A stretch of 64,000 nucleotides of DNA, from the NCBI GenBank assembly GCA_963785725.1, contig CAWAWS010000002.1, positions 32,001-96,000 on the forward strand, written 5' to 3'. The translations under genes were made by a program, and so were the position numbers. The DNA comes from an uncultured delta proteobacterium (GTDB lineage: Bacteria; Myxococcota_A; Polyangia; Palsa-1104). Numbering within the stretch: position 1 is the stretch's first letter; each line of letters starts with the position of its first letter. This document shows positions 30,127-40,449 of this stretch, piece by piece. The notes below the pieces were generated by a model. It was not told the DNA's origin and made no database searches. It worked only from the letters and a program-made list of their open reading frames with translations.

Positions 30127-31325
30127 TGCCGGCGTACAAGGACGAACGAGATGGTCAATGGAGATGGCGGCGCATAATTCGATATTGGGACGGCCGAAAA
30201 GTAAGGGAAAGAGGTACGCCCCAAATCAACACGAAGGAAGCCGCGATTGCGGACGAGACGCGCGCAATCCGCGAAGCGGAGAAGCCGCCGGCCGCCAAAC
30301 CGAAGGAGGTGCCGACACTACGACAGTGGATTTGGGGCGCGGTCGATCCTGAGCCGCGCAGCGCAAAGCCGAAGGGACGTTTCTGGATGGAGTGGGTGTT
30401 GTCGAAGGAGAACAAGGCGAGCGAGATGGAAGCGAGGCTGTCGATCTATCGGCACCACCTCGGGCCGGCGTTCGGCGACACGACGCTGGACGAGATCGAC
30501 ATTCCTGCGATTGCTCGCTTCCGCACGTCGCTGCGGCAGGACAAGCAGCTCACCAAGAAGACGTGCAACAACATCCTCGCCGTCCTCAGCAAGACGCTGC
30601 GGTACGCGGCGGACGCGCAGGTCATCACGCACGCGCCCAAGGTCGGTCTCTTCAAGCTCGAGCGTCCCGAGATCGAATATTGGGACTATCGGCAGTACGC
30701 GCGCGTTCTCGAAGCCGCGCGGCGCGAAGGCGCCGAGTGGTACGCGGCGGTCTGCTTGGCTGGCGAGGCAGGCTTGCGCGTCGGCGAGGTGCGAGCGTTG
30801 CGCTGGCGTGAGGACGTCGACCTCGTCGCCGGAACGATCACGGTCAACGAGCAGACGCGTCATGGTGTCACGGGCACGCCGAAGGGCGGACGGCGACGCA
30901 AGATTCCGATGACGCAAACACTCGTCGCGGCGCTCAAGCGGCTCGACGTCGTTCGCAGCGGTCTCGTCGTCCGCAATCTGGACGGCTCGCCCAAGAGCGA
31001 TGGCGAGACGACGCACGCCATCCGTCGAGTCTGCCGCGGGGCAGGCTTGCCGGAGACCGGCTGGTATCGCCTGCGACACACCTTCGGGACGCACGCAGCG
31101 CTGCTCGGGCTCAACCCGTTCCGGCTGCAGGCGTACCTCGGGCATCGCTCGATGAACGAGACGATGCTCTACGTGCACCTGGCCGAGGCGCACTCGCGTC
31201 CGACGCCGCCCGAGATCCTGCGAGCAGCCGAAGGCGAGACCGACCCCGATCGACGCGTCCTGGCCATGCTCGGTGGCCGCATCGGCGTGCCGCGTGGCCA
31301 GGAACAGGAGCTCGCCATGGCGTAG
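30123..31325 (+). CDS. Tyrosine recombinase/integrase (element B)
   Basis: GLRVGE, TPKG, YRLRHTFG, LGH, TMLY. Confidence 0.92.
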   Translation: MMPAYKDERDGQWRWRRIIRYWDGRKVRERGTPQINTKEAAIADETRAIREAEKPPAAKPKEVPTLRQWIWGAVDPEPRSAKPKGRFWMEWVLSKENKASEMEARLSIYRHHLGPAFGDTTLDEIDIPAIARFRTSLRQDKQLTKKTCNNILAVLSKTLRYAADAQVITHAPKVGLFKLERPEIEYWDYRQYARVLEAARREGAEWYAAVCLAGEAGLRVGEVRALRWREDVDLVAGTITVNEQTRHGVTGTPKGGRRRKIPMTQTLVAALKRLDVVRSGLVVRNLDGSPKSDGETTHAIRRVCRGAGLPETGWYRLRHTFGTHAALLGLNPFRLQAYLGHRSMNETMLYVHLAEAHSRPTPPEILRAAEGETDPDRRVLAMLGGRIGVPRGQEQELAMA

Positions 31326-31334
31326 CCCGATCGC

Positions 31335-31355
31335 CGTGGCCACAGCGTGGCCACA
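31335..31355 (+). repeat. CGTGGCCACA x2, putative arm-type integrase sites of element B
   Basis: Direct repeats at 31335 and 31346, 11-bp period. Confidence 0.5.
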
Positions 31356-31384
31356 ACTCGTTTTCGACCAATAGGCCCAAAACG

Positions 31385-31416
31385 AAAAAGCCCCAAGTCC
31401 GAGAGGACTTGGAGCT
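31385..31416 (-). terminator. Intrinsic terminator downstream of the tRNA 3'-end copy
   Basis: Stem GCCCCAAGTCC/GGACTTGGAGC with a 4-nt loop, followed by a U-run on the minus strand. Confidence 0.65.
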
Positions 31417-31425
31417 GAAAAGCAA

Positions 31426-31452
31426 TGGAGCGGGAGACGGGACTTGAACCCG
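31426..31452 (-). repeat. att site: 27-bp copy of the tRNA-Gly 3' end
   Basis: TGGAGCGGGAGACGGGACTTGAACCCG, identical to 55239-55265. Confidence 0.93.
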
Positions 31453-31590
31453 TCAAGGCAGGAAATCGAAAACCGGAGGCGCGACGCTGGCTTGCGACGT
31501 ATCCTCTGATTTTAACTGCCGATTTCTCCTTGGGTACGGTCCATTTCACTCCGGCTCAAACCGCCTCGGAACCTTCAAATCCGGAGCGCT

Positions 31591-31609
31591 GTGGCACCCG
31601 CGTGGCACC
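31591..31609 (+). repeat. GTGGCACC x2, putative arm-type sites (left end of element A)
   Basis: Same doublet occurs at 55151-55170. Confidence 0.65.
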
Positions 31610-31789
31610 GGCTTTCGCACAGCCGAAGCTCACGTCTCGACTGCGGAATACATTGAGCGCTTCCGCGAGGGCCTACGCAAGCTGATGTTGCGTGGAACAT
31701 GCGAGGCACTCGAGCCCAGGAATTCGTCAACCGAGCGCGCCCGCGACCTCAAATCGACCAACGCTGCCATTCGCGCCAACCGCACCCGC

Positions 31790-31905
31790 CGCCCCGTGAC
31801 GTAGAGCCCCATCGCCCGTCTGCGCTCGGGCCGGCCCATGCCATCGACCATCGAGTCGATAAAGCCACCAAACTCGCAATCCAGTCGATCGATCTCTCGC
31901 TTCAT
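31790..31905 (-). pseudogene. IS701-family transposase N-terminal fragment
   Basis: MKREIDRLD...GMGRPERRRAMGLYVTG, after which the similarity ends. Confidence 0.5.
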
Positions 31906-31957
31906 GCTGACGGTAGATCACATTATCGGATCGCGAGCAACAAGTGAGCAGGTAGTA

Positions 31958-32563
31958 CTATGACGTCCAATGCTGCAGTGTTTCTCTTGACTCCGGATGA
32001 TTGGCGTCAGCCGCCTTTTTAAGCCACTGAAGCGCTAGCCGCTCATTCCGACGCACGCCTATCCCTCGGTGATAACAGATCGCAACGTTGTATTCAGCCT
32101 CAGGATGACCTTCTATCGCAGCACGTCGATACCAGTGGAAAGCCTTTTTTAAATCCACATCGCGACCAATGCCATACTCGAAGCAGCGGCCTATCGCCGT
32201 CGCACTGACACAGTCCCCACCGCGAGCCCCCGCTAAGTAGAAGTCCGCGGCTCGCTTCAGATTCTTCTTCCTGCCCTTCCCTCGTTCGTAACAAACGGCC
32301 AAGTCATGATTGGCGTCTGCTAGACCGGACTTCGCTGCCTTGGCGAAAAGGTCCGCCGCGATACGGAAGTTGCGCCTCACACCCAACCCGTGAGCGTACC
32401 AGTTGCCGAGTGCATAATTCGATTCGGCAATCCCAGCACGCGCAGACTGCCGCAACAGCAGTAATGCTTCGTGAATATCCTCCTTCGTTCGCTCAGTCTT
32501 CGCCGCAAGCAGCTTCGCGCTTTGCAACATTGCTAACGCGTCTTTTCGCGTTATCTTTTTCAC
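31958..32563 (-). CDS. Sel1-like repeat protein, putative immunity protein of the RHS toxin
   Basis: Repeats LGNWYAHGLGVRRN..AA, LAVCYERG, AFHWYRRAA; starts 9 nt after the RHS stop; low GC. Confidence 0.85.
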   Translation of the reverse strand: MKKITRKDALAMLQSAKLLAAKTERTKEDIHEALLLLRQSARAGIAESNYALGNWYAHGLGVRRNFRIAADLFAKAAKSGLADANHDLAVCYERGKGRKKNLKRAADFYLAGARGGDCVSATAIGRCFEYGIGRDVDLKKAFHWYRRAAIEGHPEAEYNVAICYHRGIGVRRNERLALQWLKKAADANHPESRETLQHWTS

Positions 32564-32572
32564 AGATACTCT

Positions 32573-35500
32573 CTAATCATCGTCTCGCGGAGGCCATGGA
32601 CCTTTGTAGTTGTCCGGCTTTCGGCGCGAGTACCCTCTGTTTGCGTCACCCTTCTCACCACCCCGATCACGGTTTTTTCTGGCCTGCCCTTTCTCGTGTT
32701 TTCCGAGCGTCGACGGCCGTTTGTTCTTCAAATGCTCCGCGCACGATATTGCCGGCATTTCCGTTGGATCGCCAAATATCGAATCGAGCACGCCCTGGAT
32801 TTTGTCACTGAAGGTTTCCTCGATAAGGTAACCGACACCGACGCCCACGACGCCGGAAACGAGCACAGCTCCCGCAGCCAGTATACCACCGCCAGCAGCC
32901 CCAGCGGCGCCGCCTTCCAGCCCCGTGCCCACGCTTACACTCGCGGCACCTTCTGCTGCTCCAGGGGCAATGACAATCGGCGGTGGCGGCGGCGGTGGCC
33001 CGGTTACGATAGTGACGCCGCCGAGACCGAACGTGCGTCCAGATGAGTCAATCCAATTCAACGGATCTCCGGCGACGTAGGCACTCAGGTTCGTATCGCC
33101 GCCACCAAATCGCCTTGCATCCTTGGAGAGCCAAGTGCCAGTCGAGCCATCGTAATCACGCGCCCCGAAATGAGTGAGGCCGCAATCCGGGTCAGACATT
33201 CCGCCGGCGAAGCCAAACGCAACTATGGGAGCCGAGCTACTCGACGTGTAGTTTCCAAACGAATCCGCATAGTCAGTGCGCTGTGTGATCGTCCCGTCCT
33301 GAGTGTTGACTAGCAGGCGGACACTGCCCAACTGGTCGGTGACGACGCGATATGTAACGCTGTCCTGGATGACATAGTCGGGAACATTGGGCCGCGTGCC
33401 GTAGACGAAGCGGCTCGTGATGTTGTTGTTGGCGTCGAGCTCGGCCACGATGCGCAGCTGATCGCCGTAGAGCCAGTGGCGTTCGTCGAGCAGCGTCGCC
33501 GGCGACGTCCCCGTGTTCCACTTCTTGCGGCCGATGCGCCGCTGCTGGGCGTCGTAGAGGTACTCGATGCGCGTGTTCTGCCAGCTGACCGCGACCAGGT
33601 TGCCATAGCCGTCCCAGTCGTAGGTCGTCGTCACGCCGCCGGCGACCTTGGTGCGTCGCTGACCTTGCAGCGTATACGTGTACGTCGCGTCGCCGTAGGT
33701 CTGCAGGCGATCTTGCGCGTCGACTTGCATGTTGTTCACCGTGGCGCCGTTTACCGTCGCCGACGTGCGGTTGCCGTTCGGATCGAGCTCGTAGTCTTCG
33801 AGAACGGCGCTGGTGTTGCCGTCGAGCACCTGCCACAAGCGACCGCCAGAGTCGTAGACGTAGTCGCGCACGCTCACGTCGAGAGCGCCACTGCCGGCAT
33901 TGAAGATGCTCTCAGTCTTACGCCGTACGCGGCCCAGGTTGTCGCGCGGCTTGGACTTTGTCGTCGCCCAGTCGTCGTAGGTGACTTGGTAAACGACGTT
34001 GCCCGCCGCGTTCACTGTGTACGTCGCCAGCTCGCCATACTGATTGTAGGTGCGCGCATCGCTGACTTCCCCGAGCGTCGTCGACGTAAGCGCGCCGTTG
34101 ACAGGGTCCGGCGACAGCGTCAGGTCACCCGCCGCCGTCAAGAGGCTATCGCCGTCGTAGGCATAGGTGATGGTGTTGCCGCCGTTGACGCTCTCCGTCA
34201 GGAGACGATGGTCGGAATCGAGCGAACGCGACACCGAGCCCGTCACCGCGCCGCCGCTCCAGCTCTCCGAAAGCGGCGTGGCTCCGGTAGGTCCATAACC
34301 GTAAGCGAGCGTCACTCCCGCCTGGTCGACGACCGTTAGTAAGCGGCCGTAACCCGGATTGGCGGGCGTTCCATTCGAACCCGCCGTGCCCTTCTCGTAC
34401 GTCAGAGTGAAGCTACGCGACGGGTGGCTCAGTGTGCTCAGCCGCCCACGCGAATCGTAATTCGCCGCAACCGGCAGGTCGCCCGGCTGCGCGACCCACG
34501 ACAGGCGGCGGTCGACGTCATACTGATAAGCAGTGATGGTCTGCTCGGGCACGGGCGGTGGCTGATACAGCGCGACCCGGTTCAAGCCGTCGCGCGGCAT
34601 GAGGTGCGCCGTTTTCCCAGGCGGCGTGACGCTATTGACGTTGCCGGCGCCATCGCGCCCCAAGCCAAGAATGCGTGCGCCCGGCAGCGTACTCTGCAAG
34701 AGACGTCCCGCGCCGTCATAGCGATCGTAAGTGACGACGTGTGTGTCATCGTCCGCGGTCAACGAGCTCAGCGTCAAAGACTGCGGCCGACCGCTGCTGC
34801 CGTCAGTCGACTGCGGATAGTAGGACAGCACGAGGCTGCGATCGCCGCGCGTGACCGACTTCAGTCGGCCATCGTCGTCGTAGTTGTAGGCGACGGGAAA
34901 GAACGCAGTAGGTCGCGAATCGACTATGCCAACCGAGGTGAGCCTACCTAGCGTGTTGTATCCGAGCTGAGTCTGCCGAGCCTCCGGCGTGGTGACAGTC
35001 TCGAGCGGTGCAAATGCGCCATTGGGGCAGCGATCGTACTGAGTTGTGTAGGTTCGCCCATTGACGGTGTATTGGTCGTTCTCGGTCCGAAGAATCGTGA
35101 GCGTGGAGCCGTCGCAGGCGACCGGCGCGCCGCAGTCGCTCGCTGCACAAGTGGCAGTCTGAACGGTGCCCGACATCGAGGTCACGGAGTCGCTCGTGCT
35201 AGTGGACGCGCACGCCGAGTCGAGCTGCGCGCCGAAGCGCGGATCATTGCAAGGCTGCGTCGAAGCGATGCTGCCGTCGATCTCCGAGTAAGAGCGGTTG
35301 CCCGAGTTAGCCAGCGTCATCGTCGACACCAGGCGATCGATATCGCCGTCGTCGCTTTGGAAGCGGTCGGTCAGAGTCACGTCACCGCCGCTCGTCGTCA
35401 CTTCGTGCTCGGCGGGCGTATTTCCCGCTGTCGTCACGCGGACGAGCGCCCGGCTCGGGTCGGCCGTGAAGGTTTGCGTGCCACCGCCCGGATCGGCGTC

Positions 35501-38500
35501 GTGCACCAGACGACCGAGGCCGTCGGCGGTGAAGACGTGCGTGTTGCCGCGCGGGTCGGTCTCGCTCGACATCCAGCCAGCCGTAGTGAAGCCGAAGCCG
35601 GTCGACTCGCCGGCTGAATTGTTGACGACCGAGCCGTAGCCATCACTGTCGGGAATGATAGTGGTCCTGTCACCATAAGGCCCAGTGACAACAATCTGCC
35701 CGCCGGAGCGGTCAATCTCGGTCAAAAGCGGAGCGCCGGTGGTCGAATTGAACTGCTGGATCTCCGTGAGCAGACCGTTTACGTGCACGAAGCCGAGGCG
35801 CGGCGCTCCCGTCAAAGCGTCGAGCGTCTGCTGGTGAACGCCGTTGATATCGAAGATGTAAATCTCGCTGCCTTCTTCGGAGGCCACGTATACGGCCTGA
35901 TTCACGGTACTCGGCCGCGGCGTCGTAATGTGGCGTAGACCGGTCTTCGAATTCTGTCCCAAATCCAAGAACTGGATGTCTCCTAACGGACCTTCGGCGA
36001 GTCCCGAAATTCCACCGATGGTGAGGCCCAAGGCCGTGCCCCCATCGCCGCTCGTCGTTCCGTAGAGCTGACCACCCACTGTTTCAAAGGTTCCATCGGG
36101 CCGAATCCGGCGCAGCTTATAGCCGACCTCCTGGGTAAAGTAGATCGAGCCATCGCGAGTGGGTAGCAGCCCAAAGCCAAAGATGGTGTCGATCACCGCG
36201 GCCGCAGCGACGCTGCCATCGGCGGAAGACGCACCATTGTTGACTCTGCTGGTGACATTGATGAGCGCGCCCTCAGGAGTAATTCGCTGAATCGATTGAA
36301 GGCCATTGGACACGAGTAGATAAATGCTGCCATCAGCGGCCCCAGCGACCAACACCACTGATAAGCCGCCGTCGGTCACGGTGTGTGGATTGACCGAGTC
36401 TGGTCCATAGATGGAGCTCATGGAGCCGTCGGCGGCGACCCGTGTGAGGCTGCTTCCATGTGCCGCATAGACGGAGCCGTCGATTCCAGCGCTGATGGAG
36501 CTGGCGTTGCAGATCATGTCGACCCAGCAAGTCGTCCCATTCGCGCTCGGATAGACGGTCACGATGCCAGTGGCGCTGCCGCCTGCCTGGGTTATGACGA
36601 TCTGATAGAGCACGCTACGGACTAAGAGGTACAGCTTGCCGTCATGGTCGGCGGTGAGCTGCCCATCGTAGCTTGGAACGTCGAAGTGAACGCCGTCCTT
36701 CGTGAGCGTGACCGGCGAGATCGTGCCGTATTGGTATTGCCAGAGAACAGTGTTGCCCGCCAAAGGACCGGTGAAATATGTGGCGCCTGACGGCCCTATT
36801 GCGATTCCACTGAGGGCAGCAGTTCCGAATGTCGTCAGCTTTTGATTGGGTCCGCCCGCCAAAGTGTCGATGGTCCATGGCGACTTGGCGTCGGCATGCT
36901 GAGCGCGCCCGCCGCCCGGATAGAGCACATTGCGCTGAATGTCGTAGTGGTGGTAGGCGTCGAGCGTCCAACCGCCGAGACCGACGCTGCGCGCATCATA
37001 CGCGGCCAGCCACGTCGGATACCATTTAGTCCATAGCGTCAGGGTCTGTCGCGTCGCGACGACGTCGGATGTCCCGGCCCGGGTGATGAGCCCATTGCCG
37101 TTATAGCCGAACTGAGAAGTCGTCCCGTAGACCGCGGCGTAGACATAGCCCCAACGGACTTCTGCTTGGAATTCTCCCGACAGTGGACGACCATAAGGAT
37201 CGAGCCCGTCCCAAGTGATAGTAGCGGTGTTGGTCGTCAGATCGATCTGGCTTAGTGGAAGCGTCTGGCTGATAAGCCGTCCAGCGACTTGGACCTGAAC
37301 ATCCAAAGCCAGCATGGTGCTGGGAAAAGTCGACGGACTAAGCGGAATAGTTACCGTGCGTCGCGCGGAGTAAGCCAGCTGTCTGTCGCTGCGATACGAC
37401 AGACCAAAGGGCGTGCCGGGGATCGGCAGCGACTCTCCAAGTGTCTGCGCTTGGCATTCAATGATGGATCCCGCTCGACAAGTCTGGTCATCGGGACTGC
37501 TCAGTACCGCCGGGTTTTCGTCTGGCGGGAAGCAGCTACTGGGATCGGGCGCCGTGCAGTCGGGAACTTGGCTTTGATTGATATCGTAGTCGGAGAAATG
37601 CGGAACGACGACGCGCATGAAGTCGCGATTGACTGCATTGGGATACAGCGCGCCCAAGATCTGCAGCTCTCCTGGCGAGAAATGGTCGTTGTGCGCAGCG
37701 CCGTCGCCGGTGTCGTCGACGGAGGCCACCCCACCGTTGACGGAGAGAATGCGTACGACCGTGCCCGAAGGATGTGCCGTCCAGAAGGCGCTTGCTTCGT
37801 CATAGCCACCGAGCGGCGCCGTCGTACCGACCGAAAACTGTAAGAAGTTGTCTACGTATAGCGGTACGGAGATAGCATTGCCGCTGGCATCGACGAATGT
37901 AGTCGAGGACGGCGTTTCCGTCACGCCGCTGGACGGCTCGACGAAGAAGTTGGCCGCGAAGGTGTAAGCGCTGGTCGGCGGCAGCGTGGACGGCATGGCA
38001 TCCAGATCGCCGTCGCCCTTCGTGTACTCCGTGATGCGAATCGAAGGCTGCGTCAGATCGACCGATCCCGTCGAGTACTGCTGGCGAATGCGGCTGCCCG
38101 GCGGGAACAAGACCGTGATTTGCCGTGCCGAGGAGCCGCTGCCGACGACTTCGCTCTGCACAGCATGATATTGAGTGGCGTCCGTCAGGTCGACTTGCTG
38201 TGCGGCGCCATAAGGAACGAGCGTGATATCGGCCGTCTTCGTGTAGTCCAGCGGACGAACGAAGACCTCGCGAAACACGGACGGATGGTTGATTGCGTCG
38301 ACGCGTACGACCAGCGACTGTCCGCCGTTGACCGCCAGGTCGAACTCGCCGTTGTCGCGCGTCAACGTCTGTCCGTACTCGGGATGATTGCGAACGCTGA
38401 CCGTAGCACCGGCCAAAGGAGCGCCGGCGCGGCTGACAGTCCCGCGCACCACGGCGCCGCGATCGACGCGAATGGTGCTCGGGTCGATCGCACTGCCGTC

Positions 38501-40327
38501 GGCCATCCGCTGCGTGCCGCCTTCGTACACGAAGCGCGTGACGTCGACGAACGAGGAAGACAGACCGGGCGGAATGGCAGTCGGCGTAAACGACGGTACG
38601 TTGGCGCAGCTGCCAATCGGGGCCAGCGTGCACGTGCCCATGTGGTTGGCCATGGCGCAGCTGCCGCAGCCGGTGGGAGCGTGATCGGCGACCGAGTCAT
38701 CCACCGTCGTGCAATCGGAGTTGCAGCAGACTCCGTCTGTGCAAAAGCCGGTACCGCATTGCGACGGGGAAGTGCAAGGGCTGCCCTGCGCGCTCTGCGG
38801 CTGACACACACCGCCATTGCAATAGAAGCCGTTGGCGCACTGTGCGTCACTCGAGCACGACGACGTGCAGGTGGCGGCGCCGCTGCACAAATAGCCGTCA
38901 GCGCAGCTCGACCGTTCCGGCGCTCCCACCGGTGCAGTCATACAAGTACCGAAAGAGCTCGGCAGGTCGCAGCGCTCGCAGCCGTTGGCGCAGGCGCGGT
39001 CGCAGCATAGTCCGTCGGCGGCGAAGCCGGACGCACACGCCGTCGTGGAGCCGGCGGCGCCATTGGTCAACAGTGGCGTGCATGCATTGCCGACTGAGCA
39101 GAAGTAGCCGGTCGGGCAATCGGTGGTGTTACTGCAATGGTCAGGTATACACACTGTTCCACCGACGCAGACCTGGCCGGTGGCGCAGCCGACGCAAGCG
39201 CCCGTCGAGTCGCACGTCTGGCACGGACCGGTGCACGCCGTCGTGCAGAAGCTCGAAGTGCAGCTTCCGCCCGTGCACTGTTGGCTGAAAGTCCCCAAGA
39301 GCGCGGCGCTCCAACTGGGCGGCGTGCTCCCACTCGTCATAGGGGCGGTCAGCTGCCAGACCTCCCCGTTGGCGAGCGCCACGACGCGCATCGGACCGTC
39401 GCCGAAGTAAGAGCTGACCGACGTCGGCGCGGCGGCGAAGCTCCAGTCGAGAAACGGCGGCAAGGCGCTCGAGGGATTGGCGCCGTAGTCGAGGAGCTGG
39501 CTCTGCGTGTTGACGAAGCCGCCCTCGAGCGCGGCGCTGAGCTCGTCGCTGTTTCCGCCCGGCCACCGATTGTTGATGGAGTAGCTGACCAACGATTGCG
39601 TCGCGCCGCCGTTCGGAAAATGCGTGGCCCAGAATTGGCTGTCGCTTGGAATGATGTCAAAGGCCGAGTCGAGATCGACGATGGTCGACGCCGGCCACAG
39701 AGCTTGTTGCAACGTATTCGTCGTCGCCAAGACAACGCAGTTGGAGTCGGCGCCGCCGGCGTTTAGATACTGGCCGGCGACATCCACTGCGGGACCGCCC
39801 GGATCGGTATCGGGCTGTATCAGCACTAACGCCGGCTCGGCGCCGTTCTGCGACACCTCGACGACTGACCCGGTCGGCTGGCGCGACATGATGGCAATGT
39901 TCTGCTTGCCATAGGGATCGCCCCAGGCAGAGAGCGCCTGCACTGGACCAAAGTCGGAGGAGACCGTGAGAATCTTGCTCTGCGTGGCGGCGCCGGCTGT
40001 ATACGCGAGGTCCCACACGTCACCGTCGGCGGCGCCGACGATGGCGTGATTGACGCCGTCGGCGCTTTGATACCCGCTGACCGCGACGAGGTTGGCAATC
40101 GTGGCCAGCGTGCGCTTGCCCGTAGGTCCGATGTCTGCCACTTCGCCCGTCGTCAGACCGACGACCACGTCGTTGGCGTTGATGGCGGCCACCGCGCGCG
40201 GACCGGCGATGATGTCGCTGCCCGAGCCTGCGGTAGCCGGCGTAAGCGAGTGGCCGTTGGCGCTTATGACTGCAGTCGGAACGCCGAGCAGCACCACCAC
40301 AGCCAGTAAGCGGATCGCAAATCTCAT
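32573..40327 (-). CDS. Teneurin-like RHS/YD-repeat protein with Cys-rich repeats and C-terminal toxin tip
   Basis: Signal peptide; CxDGVCC repeats; TRDNGEFDLAVNGG; QTLGESLPIPGT; GGWTLDAYHHYD; YD repeats; FGARDYD...GDPLNWIDSSG. Confidence 0.93.
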   Translation of the reverse strand: MRFAIRLLAVVVLLGVPTAVISANGHSLTPATAGSGSDIIAGPRAVAAINANDVVVGLTTGEVADIGPTGKRTLATIANLVAVSGYQSADGVNHAIVGAADGDVWDLAYTAGAATQSKILTVSSDFGPVQALSAWGDPYGKQNIAIMSRQPTGSVVEVSQNGAEPALVLIQPDTDPGGPAVDVAGQYLNAGGADSNCVVLATTNTLQQALWPASTIVDLDSAFDIIPSDSQFWATHFPNGGATQSLVSYSINNRWPGGNSDELSAALEGGFVNTQSQLLDYGANPSSALPPFLDWSFAAAPTSVSSYFGDGPMRVVALANGEVWQLTAPMTSGSTPPSWSAALLGTFSQQCTGGSCTSSFCTTACTGPCQTCDSTGACVGCATGQVCVGGTVCIPDHCSNTTDCPTGYFCSVGNACTPLLTNGAAGSTTACASGFAADGLCCDRACANGCERCDLPSSFGTCMTAPVGAPERSSCADGYLCSGAATCTSSCSSDAQCANGFYCNGGVCQPQSAQGSPCTSPSQCGTGFCTDGVCCNSDCTTVDDSVADHAPTGCGSCAMANHMGTCTLAPIGSCANVPSFTPTAIPPGLSSSFVDVTRFVYEGGTQRMADGSAIDPSTIRVDRGAVVRGTVSRAGAPLAGATVSVRNHPEYGQTLTRDNGEFDLAVNGGQSLVVRVDAINHPSVFREVFVRPLDYTKTADITLVPYGAAQQVDLTDATQYHAVQSEVVGSGSSARQITVLFPPGSRIRQQYSTGSVDLTQPSIRITEYTKGDGDLDAMPSTLPPTSAYTFAANFFVEPSSGVTETPSSTTFVDASGNAISVPLYVDNFLQFSVGTTAPLGGYDEASAFWTAHPSGTVVRILSVNGGVASVDDTGDGAAHNDHFSPGELQILGALYPNAVNRDFMRVVVPHFSDYDINQSQVPDCTAPDPSSCFPPDENPAVLSSPDDQTCRAGSIIECQAQTLGESLPIPGTPFGLSYRSDRQLAYSARRTVTIPLSPSTFPSTMLALDVQVQVAGRLISQTLPLSQIDLTTNTATITWDGLDPYGRPLSGEFQAEVRWGYVYAAVYGTTSQFGYNGNGLITRAGTSDVVATRQTLTLWTKWYPTWLAAYDARSVGLGGWTLDAYHHYDIQRNVLYPGGGRAQHADAKSPWTIDTLAGGPNQKLTTFGTAALSGIAIGPSGATYFTGPLAGNTVLWQYQYGTISPVTLTKDGVHFDVPSYDGQLTADHDGKLYLLVRSVLYQIVITQAGGSATGIVTVYPSANGTTCWVDMICNASSISAGIDGSVYAAHGSSLTRVAADGSMSSIYGPDSVNPHTVTDGGLSVVLVAGAADGSIYLLVSNGLQSIQRITPEGALINVTSRVNNGASSADGSVAAAAVIDTIFGFGLLPTRDGSIYFTQEVGYKLRRIRPDGTFETVGGQLYGTTSGDGGTALGLTIGGISGLAEGPLGDIQFLDLGQNSKTGLRHITTPRPSTVNQAVYVASEEGSEIYIFDINGVHQQTLDALTGAPRLGFVHVNGLLTEIQQFNSTTGAPLLTEIDRSGGQIVVTGPYGDRTTIIPDSDGYGSVVNNSAGESTGFGFTTAGWMSSETDPRGNTHVFTADGLGRLVHDADPGGGTQTFTADPSRALVRVTTAGNTPAEHEVTTSGGDVTLTDRFQSDDGDIDRLVSTMTLANSGNRSYSEIDGSIASTQPCNDPRFGAQLDSACASTSTSDSVTSMSGTVQTATCAASDCGAPVACDGSTLTILRTENDQYTVNGRTYTTQYDRCPNGAFAPLETVTTPEARQTQLGYNTLGRLTSVGIVDSRPTAFFPVAYNYDDDGRLKSVTRGDRSLVLSYYPQSTDGSSGRPQSLTLSSLTADDDTHVVTYDRYDGAGRLLQSTLPGARILGLGRDGAGNVNSVTPPGKTAHLMPRDGLNRVALYQPPPVPEQTITAYQYDVDRRLSWVAQPGDLPVAANYDSRGRLSTLSHPSRSFTLTYEKGTAGSNGTPANPGYGRLLTVVDQAGVTLAYGYGPTGATPLSESWSGGAVTGSVSRSLDSDHRLLTESVNGGNTITYAYDGDSLLTAAGDLTLSPDPVNGALTSTTLGEVSDARTYNQYGELATYTVNAAGNVVYQVTYDDWATTKSKPRDNLGRVRRKTESIFNAGSGALDVSVRDYVYDSGGRLWQVLDGNTSAVLEDYELDPNGNRTSATVNGATVNNMQVDAQDRLQTYGDATYTYTLQGQRRTKVAGGVTTTYDWDGYGNLVAVSWQNTRIEYLYDAQQRRIGRKKWNTGTSPATLLDERHWLYGDQLRIVAELDANNNITSRFVYGTRPNVPDYVIQDSVTYRVVTDQLGSVRLLVNTQDGTITQRTDYADSFGNYTSSSSAPIVAFGFAGGMSDPDCGLTHFGARDYDGSTGTWLSKDARRFGGGDTNLSAYVAGDPLNWIDSSGRTFGLGGVTIVTGPPPPPPPIVIAPGAAEGAASVSVGTGLEGGAAGAAGGGILAAGAVLVSGVVGVGVGYLIEETFSDKIQGVLDSIFGDPTEMPAISCAEHLKNKRPSTLGKHEKGQARKNRDRGGEKGDANRGYSRRKPDNYKGPWPPRDDD

Positions 40328-40449
40328 CGTCGAATCTCCACGCGAGCGGACATTTGCGGACTAGTGACAGCGCAAAACGTCGCGTGTTCCTGATTTACAG
40401 GATCCCAATTTCGTATCGAGGCGATCGTGATCACCGCACAACGAGGTTT

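Larger units (their letters stand above)
28520..31452. mobile_element. Right end of integrative element B (XRE / sigma2-Xis / integrase); left boundary not located
   Basis: Paralogous core module ending at the tRNA-Gly 3'-end copy at 31426-31452. Confidence 0.7.

Noticed and set aside
30318..31343. Long antisense and alternate-frame ORFs, here and throughout the window
   Set aside because: Arg/Ala-rich shadow ORFs typical of high-GC DNA, overlapping better-supported genes.
31425..31685. Second tRNA, or the ORF beginning MERETGLEP
   Set aside because: Only 27 bp match the tRNA. The ORF is the antisense translation of the att site.
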